In this document: in pieces, positions 1-11,800 of the stretch | Position numbering within the stretch: the first letter of the stretch is position 1 | How the letters are laid out: each line of letters opens with the position of its first letter | From: Isurus oxyrinchus | Taxonomy: Eukaryota | Assembly: GCA_026770705.1 (NCBI GenBank) | Contig: JANJGN010000016.1 | Location: 28,148,001-28,212,000, forward strand | Direction: 5' to 3' | DNA: 64,000 nucleotides | Notes under the pieces: generated by a model | What the model saw: the letters and a program-made list of their open reading frames with translations, nothing else | What the model was told of the DNA's origin: nothing | The model's database searches: none | Made by a program: the position numbers and the translations under genes

Positions 1-828
1 ATGACTGCATGTATGCCCAAATAGATGGTGTAATCATGGGATTACCTGTAGGTCCTGTGCCCACTAACATTTTTTTTTCTTTTGGTTTCCACAAACGACG
101 GGTTTTTGATGGAATGAACCCTAACCACTTACCTGATGAATCCAATATGATCTGCAGCCATGTGTAAGAGTTTCCTTGCTCCCCTTTTTGATATTCTACA
201 TCGCGTGCACAAATTCATTTTTGAGATGGAGCAGTCTACTGTGCTTTCTTTCCTTGACGGGCTAGTTGAGAAACCCCCTAATGGGATCCTGACTGCTGCA
301 AGCCTACCTTACGTCAATATTAATGTTGGGATTTGTATAGTTCCATGTGGTATAAGATTACAAGATCTCTTTACAAGATTGGTCTTAATTTGCTCACCTT
401 AGCAAGCTTGACGTAGAAATAGCTGCTGTACTGCAGGATAGCTTTGATGTGCTATCTAGATCAGATCATTGTTCCCTGTGTAACATGCAAACTCTCAAAT
501 GGGCCAAAGGCCACCACTTTTGGACTCGAAGGGTGGGTGAAGAATGTTCGGCCTACTTCAAATTACCCTGGAATGGCAAAATACCTCCAATTTGAACAAT
601 CGGTTTAGCAAGCCATTTCACACTGCTGTGATGCAGTGCCTGTGTGAGTGGTATTTTCCATTGATCAGATGCTGCAATCAGTGCAAAAAGATGTTATGCC
701 TACCCCACAATTGAGCAACATAGTGCATAAATTTCAGTGCTAGTGTGAAGCCAGGTACGTAGGCTGTACACCCCATCTACTGTTTGATCAAATCAAACAG
801 TGTGTTCCTTCAGTTCTTGTAAAATCAT

Positions 829-1545
829 GGGCAGAATATTGCTGTCGGCATGGGGGGTGGGGTGGGTGAGCCTGACTCTCTCACTCTCCCTCGCGCGCGC
901 CCTCCCTCGCGCGCGCCCTCCCTCGCGCGCGCCCTCCCTCGCGCGCGCCCGCCCTCGCGCGCGCCCGCGCTCTGTGTAAAATGACGCGGGATGACGTCAG
1001 GCGTGCGTCCCAAGGTCATCGCACGTCATTTCGATATTGCGTTTGGATGCGTGCTGGATGAACTGTCAATGGCCTATTTTAAAAAAAGCAATTGAACTTA
1101 TTAAAAACGCTATCCATCCAACCTTAATGTTGGCGGGCAGGCGAAGAGTCCAAGTGGCCTTCGTGTTTTCCAGGAAAGCTCATCCATGGGCAGGATGAAG
1201 TTTCCTGAAGGCTTTATAAAAATTTAAAAAATTTTGTGCACTTTAGAAACATGTCCCAGCTCGTGAGGGACCTGTTTAGATAGTTTATTTTTCAGAAACT
1301 TTTATCATCCACTTAATCTCCCTGAGGCAGCTCCGTGCCTCAGATGTTGCGCTCGTTTGCGCAAGTCCCAAGTCTTCCCTTTTTTTTTCTCTCCTCTCTC
1401 CCCCGCACCGCCCCCCCCCCCCCCCCAAACATCTGCACTGGTAGCACGGAGCTGTTATGCTGGATAGGCCTTAATTGGCCGGCCTGCAAAAAATGGCAGT
1501 GCACGGCCGATTGCAAGCAGCCTGACATAGGTAAGATTCTACTCC
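829..1545. mobile_element. GC-rich non-autonomous DNA transposon (MITE-like)
   Basis: Imperfect TIRs gggcagaatattgc / gtaagattctactcc; internal similarity, in opposite orientation, to the copy at 13383-14024. Confidence 0.65.
888..968. repeat. Tandem repeat, ~5 x 16 bp (ccctcgcgcgcgccct)
   Basis: Directly visible. Confidence 0.9.
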
Positions 1546-2430
1546 ATAGAATCATAAAGTTTACAGCACAGAGGCTGCTTGGCACATGCCTGCGCCGGCC
1601 AAAAAAATGCCTTCCTGTATTTGGATCATAGCCTTACAGGTTACGGCACTTGGCGGTGCACATCCAGATACTTTTTTTTAAAAGGATTTGAGGGTTTCTG
1701 CTCCTTTTTGTTTTCCAGGCAGTGAGTCCCAAACTCCCAAAATCACCTAGGTGAGAATTTTTCCTCATCTTATCTCTAATTTTTCCACCAATCACTTTAT
1801 GCCCCCTAATCACTGCCTAAATAGTCCCTTTCTATCCGGGCCCCTCACAATTTTGTACATCTCAATCAAATCTCCACCCACCCCCCCCCCCACCCCCTCC
1901 TGCTCCAAGGAGATTGACCCCAGCCTATCCAATCTTTCCTCATGCTGCAATTTTCTGTCCTGGCAACATCCTCATAAATCTCCTGTGCCCCCTCTAATGC
2001 AACCACACCCTTTCTGTAATGAGGTGATCAAAACTGCACCCAGTACAAGTTGTGGTCTAACTAATATTTAACATAGTTCCAGCATAACCTCCCTGATTTT
2101 GTATTCTATTCCTCAGCTAATAAAAGGATTCCATATGCCTCCTTAATCACCGCTGTTATCAGCCTGTCCTGTTACCTTCAGGGACATGTGGACATTGACC
2201 CCAAGGTTTGTGTATCCCTCAACTTTCAGTATCCTCCCCCCATTTATTGTGCATTCCTTTGCCTTGTTTTTGACTCCCACCCCTCCCCCCCATGCTTCAC
2301 CTCACTTCTCCTCTAGGTTGAATTCCATTTACCACTTTTCTGCCCACCTGACCAGTCCATTGATATCGTCTGCAGCAGTCCTCCTTGCTAGCTACCAGAC
2401 AGCCAATTTTTTTTTTCATCTGCAAACTAA
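1546..2430 (-). mobile_element. CR1-type LINE 3' fragment
   Basis: CR1 3' end (atagaatcata...cagcacaga) and decayed RT C-terminal sequence on minus strand. Confidence 0.75.
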
Positions 2431-3068
2431 ATAGGCAGTGAGACTATACTCAACTAGCCCACGCTTGCACTTGATCCTGAGTGCACGAATAGCTCCACTA
2501 ACAGCCAATTTAAGATAACCAGTCGAGCTTCTTATGTGGCTCATTTACACTTGCTAGAAGTGACTAAGCTGGGTCCTGTTCTCTGCAAAAAAAAAAGGAA
2601 TATGTTCAAGCCTTGTGCCTTTTTTAATTATCTGGGAGCTTGGAGCCTATAGTTCTTTGTTGCTTTCTCTATAGCAGCAGGTTGGCCAATTAGAGTTGGC
2701 TTGCCAACCGATTAGCATCCCTTTTTTTTTCTGTAGTATAAATTATGATCGTTTGAAATTGGCATTCTTGCATTTTGTTCCGAGTGCAAGATGAAAAGCT
2801 TTGGCAACATGGCTCTTTTCAACAATGCTGTCATAATCCACTAAGTACATCCATTGAATAATGCTCAAAATCAGGGGTTGGGTGCAGATTGAACAGAGGG
2901 AACCAGAGGCAAGATGGGTGGGAATATAAATGTGCAAGGTCACTTTAATATACTGCATATGTGCATTACTGAACCTCCTATTTGTATTGCCTACCTGTGT
3001 ATACTGGACAGCACAACAAAATAAAATTAAGCACACTGTTCTCATTTTAAGTATATTTTATTTTCCAG

Positions 3069-3174
3069 GTTTCTAGCTCTCCACTGGTCAGGAGACAGCT
3101 GTCAGCCCCTTGAATTGTGCCCCCAGCTCCACTTTTGGTGTTTGAATCTGTGGACACAACCTTATACCTAAAAG
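3069..3174 (+). other. Candidate non-coding 5'UTR exon of ELOVL1
   Basis: Strong acceptor (ttttattttccag|) and donor (AAAG|gttagt) around 106 nt of ATG-free, non-repeat sequence upstream of the first coding exon; no transcript evidence. Confidence 0.4.
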
Positions 3175-3994
3175 GTTAGTACACCCTTGTTAACTGTAGA
3201 TTTGGAATTCCTTCAACTGCTTAGCAAACCTGCTTTTAAATTTGTTGCTCCAGACAAATGAAGCCCAGCTGTCTAGGGAGACTGATTTTTTTTTTTTGTT
3301 TTAATAAGGTGGCCATGGATCACATTAAATTTAACTTCTATTTTTAAGGGAAATCTTTTGAAGTAACTGAATATAAGGCAGCAGGATTAGCTTGGATTGT
3401 TCTAGTTATGAGCAAATTGGGCTGAATGGCCTCCTATGTTAATGTCTTTTTTTTGAGGTGGGGGTTCTAGTGCATTTATCGGAGCTTGGTGAATTGCCCC
3501 CCCACCCCCCTTCACATATATGCGCTCTTGCTTCAGCTGTGGCACGTACTCATTATATACGTTGTTATGGTGGCGTTTCTCTTGTGCTCAAATATTCAAG
3601 TCTTAGTTTTCTGATGGATGTGGCTTTAATACAGATGGTGTTGCTGCCTCACCAAAATAACATCAATTAAAAACTTTTTTTTGCAGGAAATGCTTGGGTT
3701 GAGTTGGTGGTTTTCAGCACTTACCTATGTTGTTTTCTGTTCTGAGTGTTTATCTGTCTAGCCTGTTGTAGAAACTATTCCTGTAAACATTCTCTTCCCA
3801 GTGTCTGTCATAGATAAGGCCATGTCTTATTATTTCCAACCTCCCTTTTTTTCTTTTTTTGCACTCTTACAATTGCATTTTAAATTTTCAACTGCCTAAT
3901 CATTTGACCCTCACTCTACCATTTCTGGACTGGCTCTCCTCTTTGCTCCCTTAAGCCCATGTGTTGCAGATTTGAACATCCATGTGCTGTATAA

Positions 3995-4790
3995 GTTTAA
4001 GTGAACGGGAAAAGATCTGGCAAGTGGAGTATAATGCGGGTAAATGTGAAATTGCCCATTTTTAGCAGGAAGAATAAAAATGCTCATTATCTAAATGGTG
4101 AGAGATTGTAGAGCTCAGATTGAGGGATCAGGGTGTCCTAATGCATGAATCACAAAGGGCTAGTATGCATGTACAGCAAGTAATTAGCTTTCCTAATAGT
4201 GTTGTTTATTGTGAGGGGGAATAGATTACAAAAGTAGGGAGGTTATGCTTCAGTTGTACAGGGCACTGGTGATACCACATCAGAGTACTGTGTACAGTAC
4301 TGGTCTCCTTTTATTTAAGGAAAGATGTAAATGTGTTGGAAGCAGTTCAGAGAAGCTTTACTAGGCTAATACCAGGAATGGGTAGGTTGTCTTATGAAGA
4401 AAGGTTGGACAGGTTAGGCTTTTATCCACTGGATTAGAGTAAGAGGTGACTTGATTGAAACCTTAAGATCCTGATGGGGCCCTGACAGGGTGGATGTTGA
4501 GAGTTTCTTTTTGTGGGAAAATCTAGAACAAGGGGTCGCTCGTTTAAGACCGATAAGGAGAAATTTTTTTTGAGGGTTGAGTCTTTGCAGATCTCTTCCT
4601 CTAAAGGCAGTGGAAGCAGAATCTTTGAATATTTTTAAGGCAGAGTACGATCCTCTGACCTTTCACCATCTTGTTTATTGGGATTGGGCAGGAATGTGAG
4701 GTTGAGGTTACAATCGGATCAGCCATGATCTTATTGAATTGTGTAGCAGGCTTGAGGGTTCTAGTGGCCTACTCCTCATTCACGTGTGTT
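3995..4790 (+). mobile_element. CR1-type LINE 3' fragment
   Basis: [41 protein letters not shown], followed by CR1 3'UTR. Confidence 0.85.
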
Positions 4791-5758
4791 CATATGTTTT
4801 ATTTATTGCTTGATCTGGCTGGACACTGAGCATCTATTGGACTTTGCTCTCCTATGCTAGAACTGTTCACCCTTTCCAGGATCATCTAAATCCAATGATA
4901 GCCCCATCTTTCTGCACTACCAGCTGTCCCCTCCGCCCTCAACTGTTTTTCTTTATTCTTTTATGGGGTATGGGCATTGGTGGCAAGGTTGGCATTTTCT
5001 GCTCATCCATAATTGTCCTTGAATTGAGTGGCTTGCTAGGCCATTTCGGAGGGTAGTTTCCTAAATTGCTGTGGATCTGGTATCACATGTAGGCCAGATG
5101 AGGTAAGCATGGTAAGACACTTGTGAATAGATGGGTTTTTAATGACGATTAGTAGTTTTGTGGTCACTGTTAACCTTCCACTAGCTACCAACTTCTTGAC
5201 CACTCTGGCTGAGCCATGCTTTTCTCAACCTCAGCATCTTATGATCCTGAGTTAAGCTTCCAACCTTGTCCTCTCCATCACATCTACCTTCATAATATTG
5301 CCTATGTCCATCTCAGCCTCTGCCTTTCCAGGCTTTTGTTGCCTTAACTTGACTATTGCAAAGCTTTCTTGGCCATTTTGCCATATTTCACCCTCTGTAT
5401 ATATCTGCAGCCTGTATATTAACTCCAAGTCCCATTAATCCAATAACTCCCATGTTCATTGACCTATATTTTTGCTTCCATTCCCTGAGCAACTCCGATA
5501 CTTACCTTCGCATTGAAATTTCTCCATCCTCTTGCCCCTCACTATCTAATGACCATTCAGCTATCTAGGCCTTAAACACTCATTCCCTTCAATAAAACTC
5601 GCCTCTTTTTAATTTAATGTCTCCTTCCTTCTTTGGCTCAGTGTCCATTTTTTTTTCTGTTCTTGTTTTTATTACATTAACAGCTTTATATTATCTTTTT
5701 TAATGTGTTTTATTTTGTCCTTTAGGCTTTGGAAGTGCCACTTCTTTGAAACATAACC

Positions 5759-5816
5759 ATGTTGGCAGAGGTGGGGGCACAGGCTGCCCAAGTATACAAG
5801 AACCTCCTGAAAGGAG
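5759..5816 (+). CDS. ELOVL1: ELOVL1 coding exon 1 ([19 protein letters not shown]); exon starts at 5726 in 5'UTR
   Basis: Pyrimidine tract plus tttag acceptor ending 5725, accATG, phase-1 donor G|gtgaga giving D-P-R-I with next exon. Confidence 0.85.
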
Positions 5817-8800
5817 GTGAGATATTTTGGTCAAGATAACCAATGTTCAATGATGGGTTTAACTTCTTACTCCAAGGATCCAGTCAAGTTGAATTTTGTT
5901 TTCTAAATTTCAGTAACCCCTTGTGTTTGACATCTCAATGATTTGTTTAGCAGTATTGATGATATTTGACATTTTTGATAATTGCAACAAAGAGAATTCT
6001 TGCTGAGTTGTGCCTGATCTGACTAAGCAGATTTCTCAATCCATTAGTGATTTGCAGTGCGTAACATAATTGACATTTTTAATAAAACTAACATGCACTA
6101 CTTGGTATGAAGGGATGTGACAGCTATGAAGTCAGCAATTGGAATAGTGACTACAAACTTCAAAATGCATCCCAGGGACTTTTAATAAATAGAAAAATTT
6201 TATTCTGGGCAGCTTGCCAGTGCGTTAGTGGCTAAATGCACCATTAAGGTAGAATGTGGAGTAGGGCTGGGAGTTGGACCAGGTTTCATCCCAGTGCTGC
6301 ACTAACTGATCCTCAATTGAGACATCAGTGTGCTTTGGGTAAAGTGTCCCTGGAGTGGGGGTGGTGGCGGAGATGGTCCTGGAGTGTAAGGATGGGTAAA
6401 GCTGTGGTTGCTTCTACCTTCCCAACCAACAGTTACAATCTAGGCCAACTTGAATGAAGCATGGAAGAGGCCTGCACAAATTTCCCAGTATGACTGCCAT
6501 CTTTGGGACCAGGGAAGAAAATGGGCATGTAGAAAGAAGTTCCAGGAGCGTTTCTATTCTCTTTCCACATGACCTTCTCGTTGCCAGAATACAAAGCAAA
6601 TTTGATTTCCTAACAGTGAATGTGGGGTTTATTAGTGCTTATAATTTTGCATATGTCTCTCTGCAGATCCAAGGATTGAAGAATATCCCCTAATGGTATC
6701 TCCAATCCCTATGACTACTATCCTTTTGTTCTACATATATTTTGTACTGTCGCTAGGACCCAGGCTCATGGCTGGCAGGAAGCCCTTCGACCTTAAAAAG
6801 ATTATGGTTGTCTATAACTTTGCACTGGTGTTTTTCTCGATATACATAGTGTATGAGGTATGCCTGCTATTATTTGCTTTGCTTTGTTTGGATGGACAGT
6901 GCTGCTTTTGCTGTTTGAATTATCAAAGATGACAGGAAGGGTTCTTGAATGCATTATTTTGTTTTGAACACTTTTTTTTAGTAATGCTGCATTGTAGATG
7001 AGCTCTGGAAAATAACATTGTCCTAAGATTTTACATTTACAAATACTGGAACATCTGCAATGCTGATACACAAATCAGTTTCTTGATGTTGCCCAGTAAA
7101 ATGTTGAGTTACATGAGTATGATCCAAATAATTCTGTGTCTTAATGGTGAGTTTAGTGAATATGAACCTGCTGCAGAATATGTCTTGTGACTGCATACAT
7201 AATTGCTGAAGGAAAAATTTTTTTGCCCCAAGGACCTAATGCCCACTTCATTCATGATCAATGAATATTCTATTTAGTTTTATGGAAGGAATATTGCGAA
7301 GATTCACACTGCCATTATTGGAGGCTCCACTCTGTAGCAGTGTATTGTGTACCATGACACACGGATATAACCAGCTGGGTTATTTTGTTTCTCAAGCTCT
7401 TCATGTACCCCAATAAATTCATTTATAACTGAGGGCTGTGCATGTGAATGAGAGCACAGGGATATTGGAAAGGTGCATTCTAGATTGGGAAGGGCATTAG
7501 GATGTTGGGGCATTCACAGGTTTGGAAGGTGCTGTTGACCTCTACAACCTAGAAGGACAAGGGCAGCAGATGCATGGGAATGCCACCTGTAAGTTCCCCT
7601 CCAAGCCACATGCCATCATGACTTGGAACTCTATCACTGATCCTTCATTGCCACTGGGCCAAAATCCTGGAGCTCTGTCCCTAACAGCATTGTGGGTGTT
7701 CCTACAACACATGGACTGTAGCAGTTTAAGAAGGTTGCTCAGCAGCATCTTCTCAAGGGCAGTTGGAGATGGGCAATAAATGCTGGCCCAGTCAATGACC
7801 CCCCAAAAAATGGGCTCTGAGACAGTTGATCAAGTGAAGTTTTTAACATTGGGGTATATGGAGGATATCTGAGAGACGATGATTATATTGTGATTATTAT
7901 ATGCCAATTGTGACATTTTGTTCTCTGAATTAAGGGTAGATGTAATTGTAACAATTGCCATTTAAAATCTCTCCTGCTTGTTAATAGACACCTGTCATGG
8001 GAGATAGTTTTTTTTACTTCAGTCCTAGATGATGATTGTGATTTAAATTTTATTGGACTGCCTTGTGGATACAAGTAATTTGAATATTTAAGTATTGTGA
8101 CTTTGACTTTGATGTTAAACTATTCCAAGGCTCCTTTTGTAACAGTTGAAGGAAGAGTTGCTTCTCTTAATAAGTAGTGCCTCTCAATCTCAAATTACAG
8201 AGTGGAGCAGCTCTGGTTTTGAACAGTGATATTAAGAAATACATCTATGGCTGGTTTTTGTTTCTATCCAGACTGATCTGATTAAGAATGTAAGAAGCCA
8301 TGCAGACCCTCGGCCTGCTCAGCAATAAGACCATGGCTGATCTGTTTTGGCTTTGCTCCACTTTCCTGCCTGATCTCTATAAACACTTGACTTGCCTATA
8401 GTTGAAGAATTTATCCAGCTCCACTCTTGAATATATTGACCCAGTCTCCAGAGCTTTCAGGAATAGAGAATAACAACAATTCATAAACCTTTGAGAAGAA
8501 ACTCCTCCTCATCTCCATCTTAAATGAGCGACCCCCTATATTCTCAAACTATGCCCCCGGTTCTAGATTCCCCCATGAGAGGAAACATCCTCTGCATCTA
8601 CTTTGTCAAGCCTTCAATCTAATTTTTCATTAAGATTGCCTCTTATTCTTCTAAACTGCAGTGAATGTAGGCCCAACTTTTCCTCATCTGTTCAACCCAG
8701 GAATCAGCCTGGTGAACCTTCTGACCTTCCAATGCAAATATATCCCTCATCTTTAAGATGACAAACTGTACACCATACTCTAGGTATGGTCTCATCAATG

Positions 8801-11800
8801 CCCTCTACAGTTGTAGCAAGTCTTCCCTACTTTAATAATGCATTTCCCCCTTCAATAAAGGCCAACATTTGCCTTCCTATTTAATTGCTGTACCTGTGAT
8901 TCATGTACAAGACCCCCAGATCCCTCTGCACCGCACTCCATTTAAAAAAACTTCTTTATTTTTGCCAAAATGCATAACTCACATTTTCTAAGATTATACT
9001 CTCTCTGCCAAATGTTTCCCCACTCTCACTTAACCTAGCTACATCCATTTTGTATACTTCGTATCCTCCTCACAGCTTACTTTCCTACTCATCTTTTGTA
9101 TCATCTGCAAATTAGACTATAAAATGGTTGGTCCCAGCACTGATTCCTGTGGCACTCAACTAAACTGAAAATAACCCACTTATCCCAACTATTTGCTCTC
9201 TTCATACAAATACATTACCCCTTCCTCACCACTACAACATGAGTGCTTTGTGCAATAACCTTTTTTATGTAGGACCTTTTTGAATGCTTTTTGGAAATCT
9301 AAGACTACACCGCACTACAACTACTGGTTCCCCTTTGTCCACCTTGCTCATTGCATCCTCAAAGAATTCTAAATTTGTCAAATGCTTTCTTCAATCAAGC
9401 AGGGTCAACATAATTTTACAATTTTCTAAACAGCCTACTACCTTTTTTTTAATGGTAAATATTTAAAGTCAAAGAATTGACTTACATTGGCTTCTGACTA
9501 AGCAGTGACTACAGGGGTGATTGGGGAACAGGATTTGCTGTGTGTTAAGACATGGGGTCATCTAAAAGTCTACTGCCCAAGTTTGTGGGGGGGTAGAGAA
9601 TGGGAGGCCAGCCAGCAGCGTGTTGCAATAGTAATGTCTAGATGTAACAAAGGCATAAGTGAGGGTTTCATTAGTAAATGGGCTGGGAAAGGGATGAAAT
9701 CTGGAGATGTAACACAGGTGATAGATTCTTGAACTTCAGGGGAGTCAAGTATAACCAAAAGGCAGACCAAGATCTGGTCAGTCATTATCTTATTGGATGG
9801 CAGAACAGGCTTTAGGGTTTGTATGTGTTTGATTCATTCTTTCTCATGTTCTTATTGAGAATGTGTAAATATTTGGTTTTTGTCTTTTTTTGGAATGTTA
9901 ACCCTGATGCTAATTTTATTCTTTCCACTTTCACAGTTTTTGATGTCTGGCTGGGCTACAGGGTACACGTTCCAGTGTGATCCAGTGGATTACTCAAATA
10001 GCCCCAAAGCTCTTCGAGTAAGTGTTGAATCTCTTGCTTTTGTTTCTGGCCATTCTAATGTTCTTCAACCATCTTCATAGTCTCTAAGTCTGATTTGAAG
10101 AAAGCCACTGAATATTTCTCCCTACCCATCACTTTATCTCATCTGAAACCATCTCCTTCCACCTCTGTAACATCTCTCAAGTTCGCCCCTTTTCTCAGCT
10201 TATGTGGTGCTAAAACCCTCTGTTTTATGCCTTTGTTACCTCTAGACTTGACTATTTCATCACTCTTCTGGCTGGTCTCCCACATTCTACCCTCCATAAA
10301 CTTGGTCACCCATAACTCTGGCCCTGTCTTGTCTTGCACCTTGATGTTACCTTACATTGAAGGTGCTATATAAATATAAGTTGATAGTATAACTCCTGGA
10401 AGTTCCATAGGTGCTAGTTATGCCCTGTTGCCTCCCAAGGTTTATTATTGCTGTTGGCAAAGCTGCATTTCTCTCTTTCTTGATGATGGCCTGCTTCCTT
10501 GAAATTGTGACTTTTTTTTTTGCTTGTTTTGTACAACTAAGCAGCTTGTTTGACTACTTCAAATAAGTTGATCATGTAGGACTCAATTTTTGGGCCCTGC
10601 TGAGATCCTGCAGCAAACAAAGGTGAACAACCAAGAGTGCAATGGAACAGGTGACCTGTTGGCCACTTCTTTGAAAATTTAAGTAAAAATAGAGCAGCCA
10701 AGCCATCACTGTAGGGAGGTGGACTGGGCCTGAAGTTGAGGCCAATCGGCATGCCATGTGGTTGGCAGGCAAATAAGCTCATGAAGAGCCTTGTTGTTCA
10801 GGGCTAAGGGAGGTTGGTTGGTATTTTGTCATTGGTCCCCTGTTTCCCAAAAAAAGGGGTAGCAGGGGGGTGCCAGTGCTCCAGGCAGGCCTACCCACCC
10901 CACCTCCCTACAGTGATGGCTTGGCTGCTCTATTTTTACTTACATTTTTAAAGAAGTGGCTGACAGGTCACCTGTTGCAGTCTGCTCTTGGTTATTTACC
11001 TTTGTTTGCTGCAGGGTACTACTCAAAGCTGGAAGGCCTCTGGCTCTCTAGCTTCAAAAGCCTGTCACTTGTCAATTAAGTGTTCCAATCAAAATTCCAG
11101 CTCTGTCCTCTTCCCACTGCTCCAGGTGTGGGTTTCAGACCTGGGAATAGTCCCAGCTCCTGTTTCCTGCCCCCAAAGTGAAAATTCGGCCCATAGTGTG
11201 GACTATATTTGCATGCAGGCTGGACTTGGTGGAAGGGCATTGCACTCGGGCCTTTAAATGACAATTTGCAGCGTTTTTTGGCCTGGCGATAGCTTGAAAA
11301 TAACCAATTTCACCATTTACCACAACCAGATTTGAACCCACAGCCATGTGTGGTAGCTTGTTTTTTGCTCTGAACCACTGCACTGCTGTATTCTCATGAA
11401 CGTTGCTCATGTACAATCCTTGACAGTGGATGTTAGTTGGGTATTCTGTCTGCCCTTGCCTGATGTCCACTTTCCAACCCGAATTGTTATTTCATAGCTG
11501 GGACCTGGATGATTCCTTCCCCAATTCATCCAGCTAGGGCTAGTGGTAACTGTCTTTCAGGGACCCTGGATGCTGTCTGGCAACTTTGCTGGCATTCTTC
11601 ACCTTCCAGTTTGTACAGCTTGGTTGTATGTTGGCTTTGCCAACTAAATCACTGAAACTCTGTATTCTTACAACACCAAATACCAGGTCATTGATCATTT
11701 GCGTCAAAGGAAGGGAGTAATGAAAAGGCAATGTATTTTTTCTTAAATCCGAGATGATTTAAAATTTTCTATAATTTCACAATAAGGTTCATGTTTTTGT

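Larger units (their letters stand above)
1..2826 (+). mobile_element. Degraded Penelope-like retroelement (RT plus GIY-YIG remnants), split by a MITE and a CR1; own segments ~1-826 and ~2430-2826
   Basis: YAQIDGVIMGLPVGPVPTNIF (PLE QxxGxxMGSPL motif), KFIFEMEQ...LSFLDGLVEK (thumb), VHKFQC..EARYVGCT (GIY-YIG-like), and FKITSRA...HLHLLE after the interruption; many stops and frameshifts. Confidence 0.7.
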
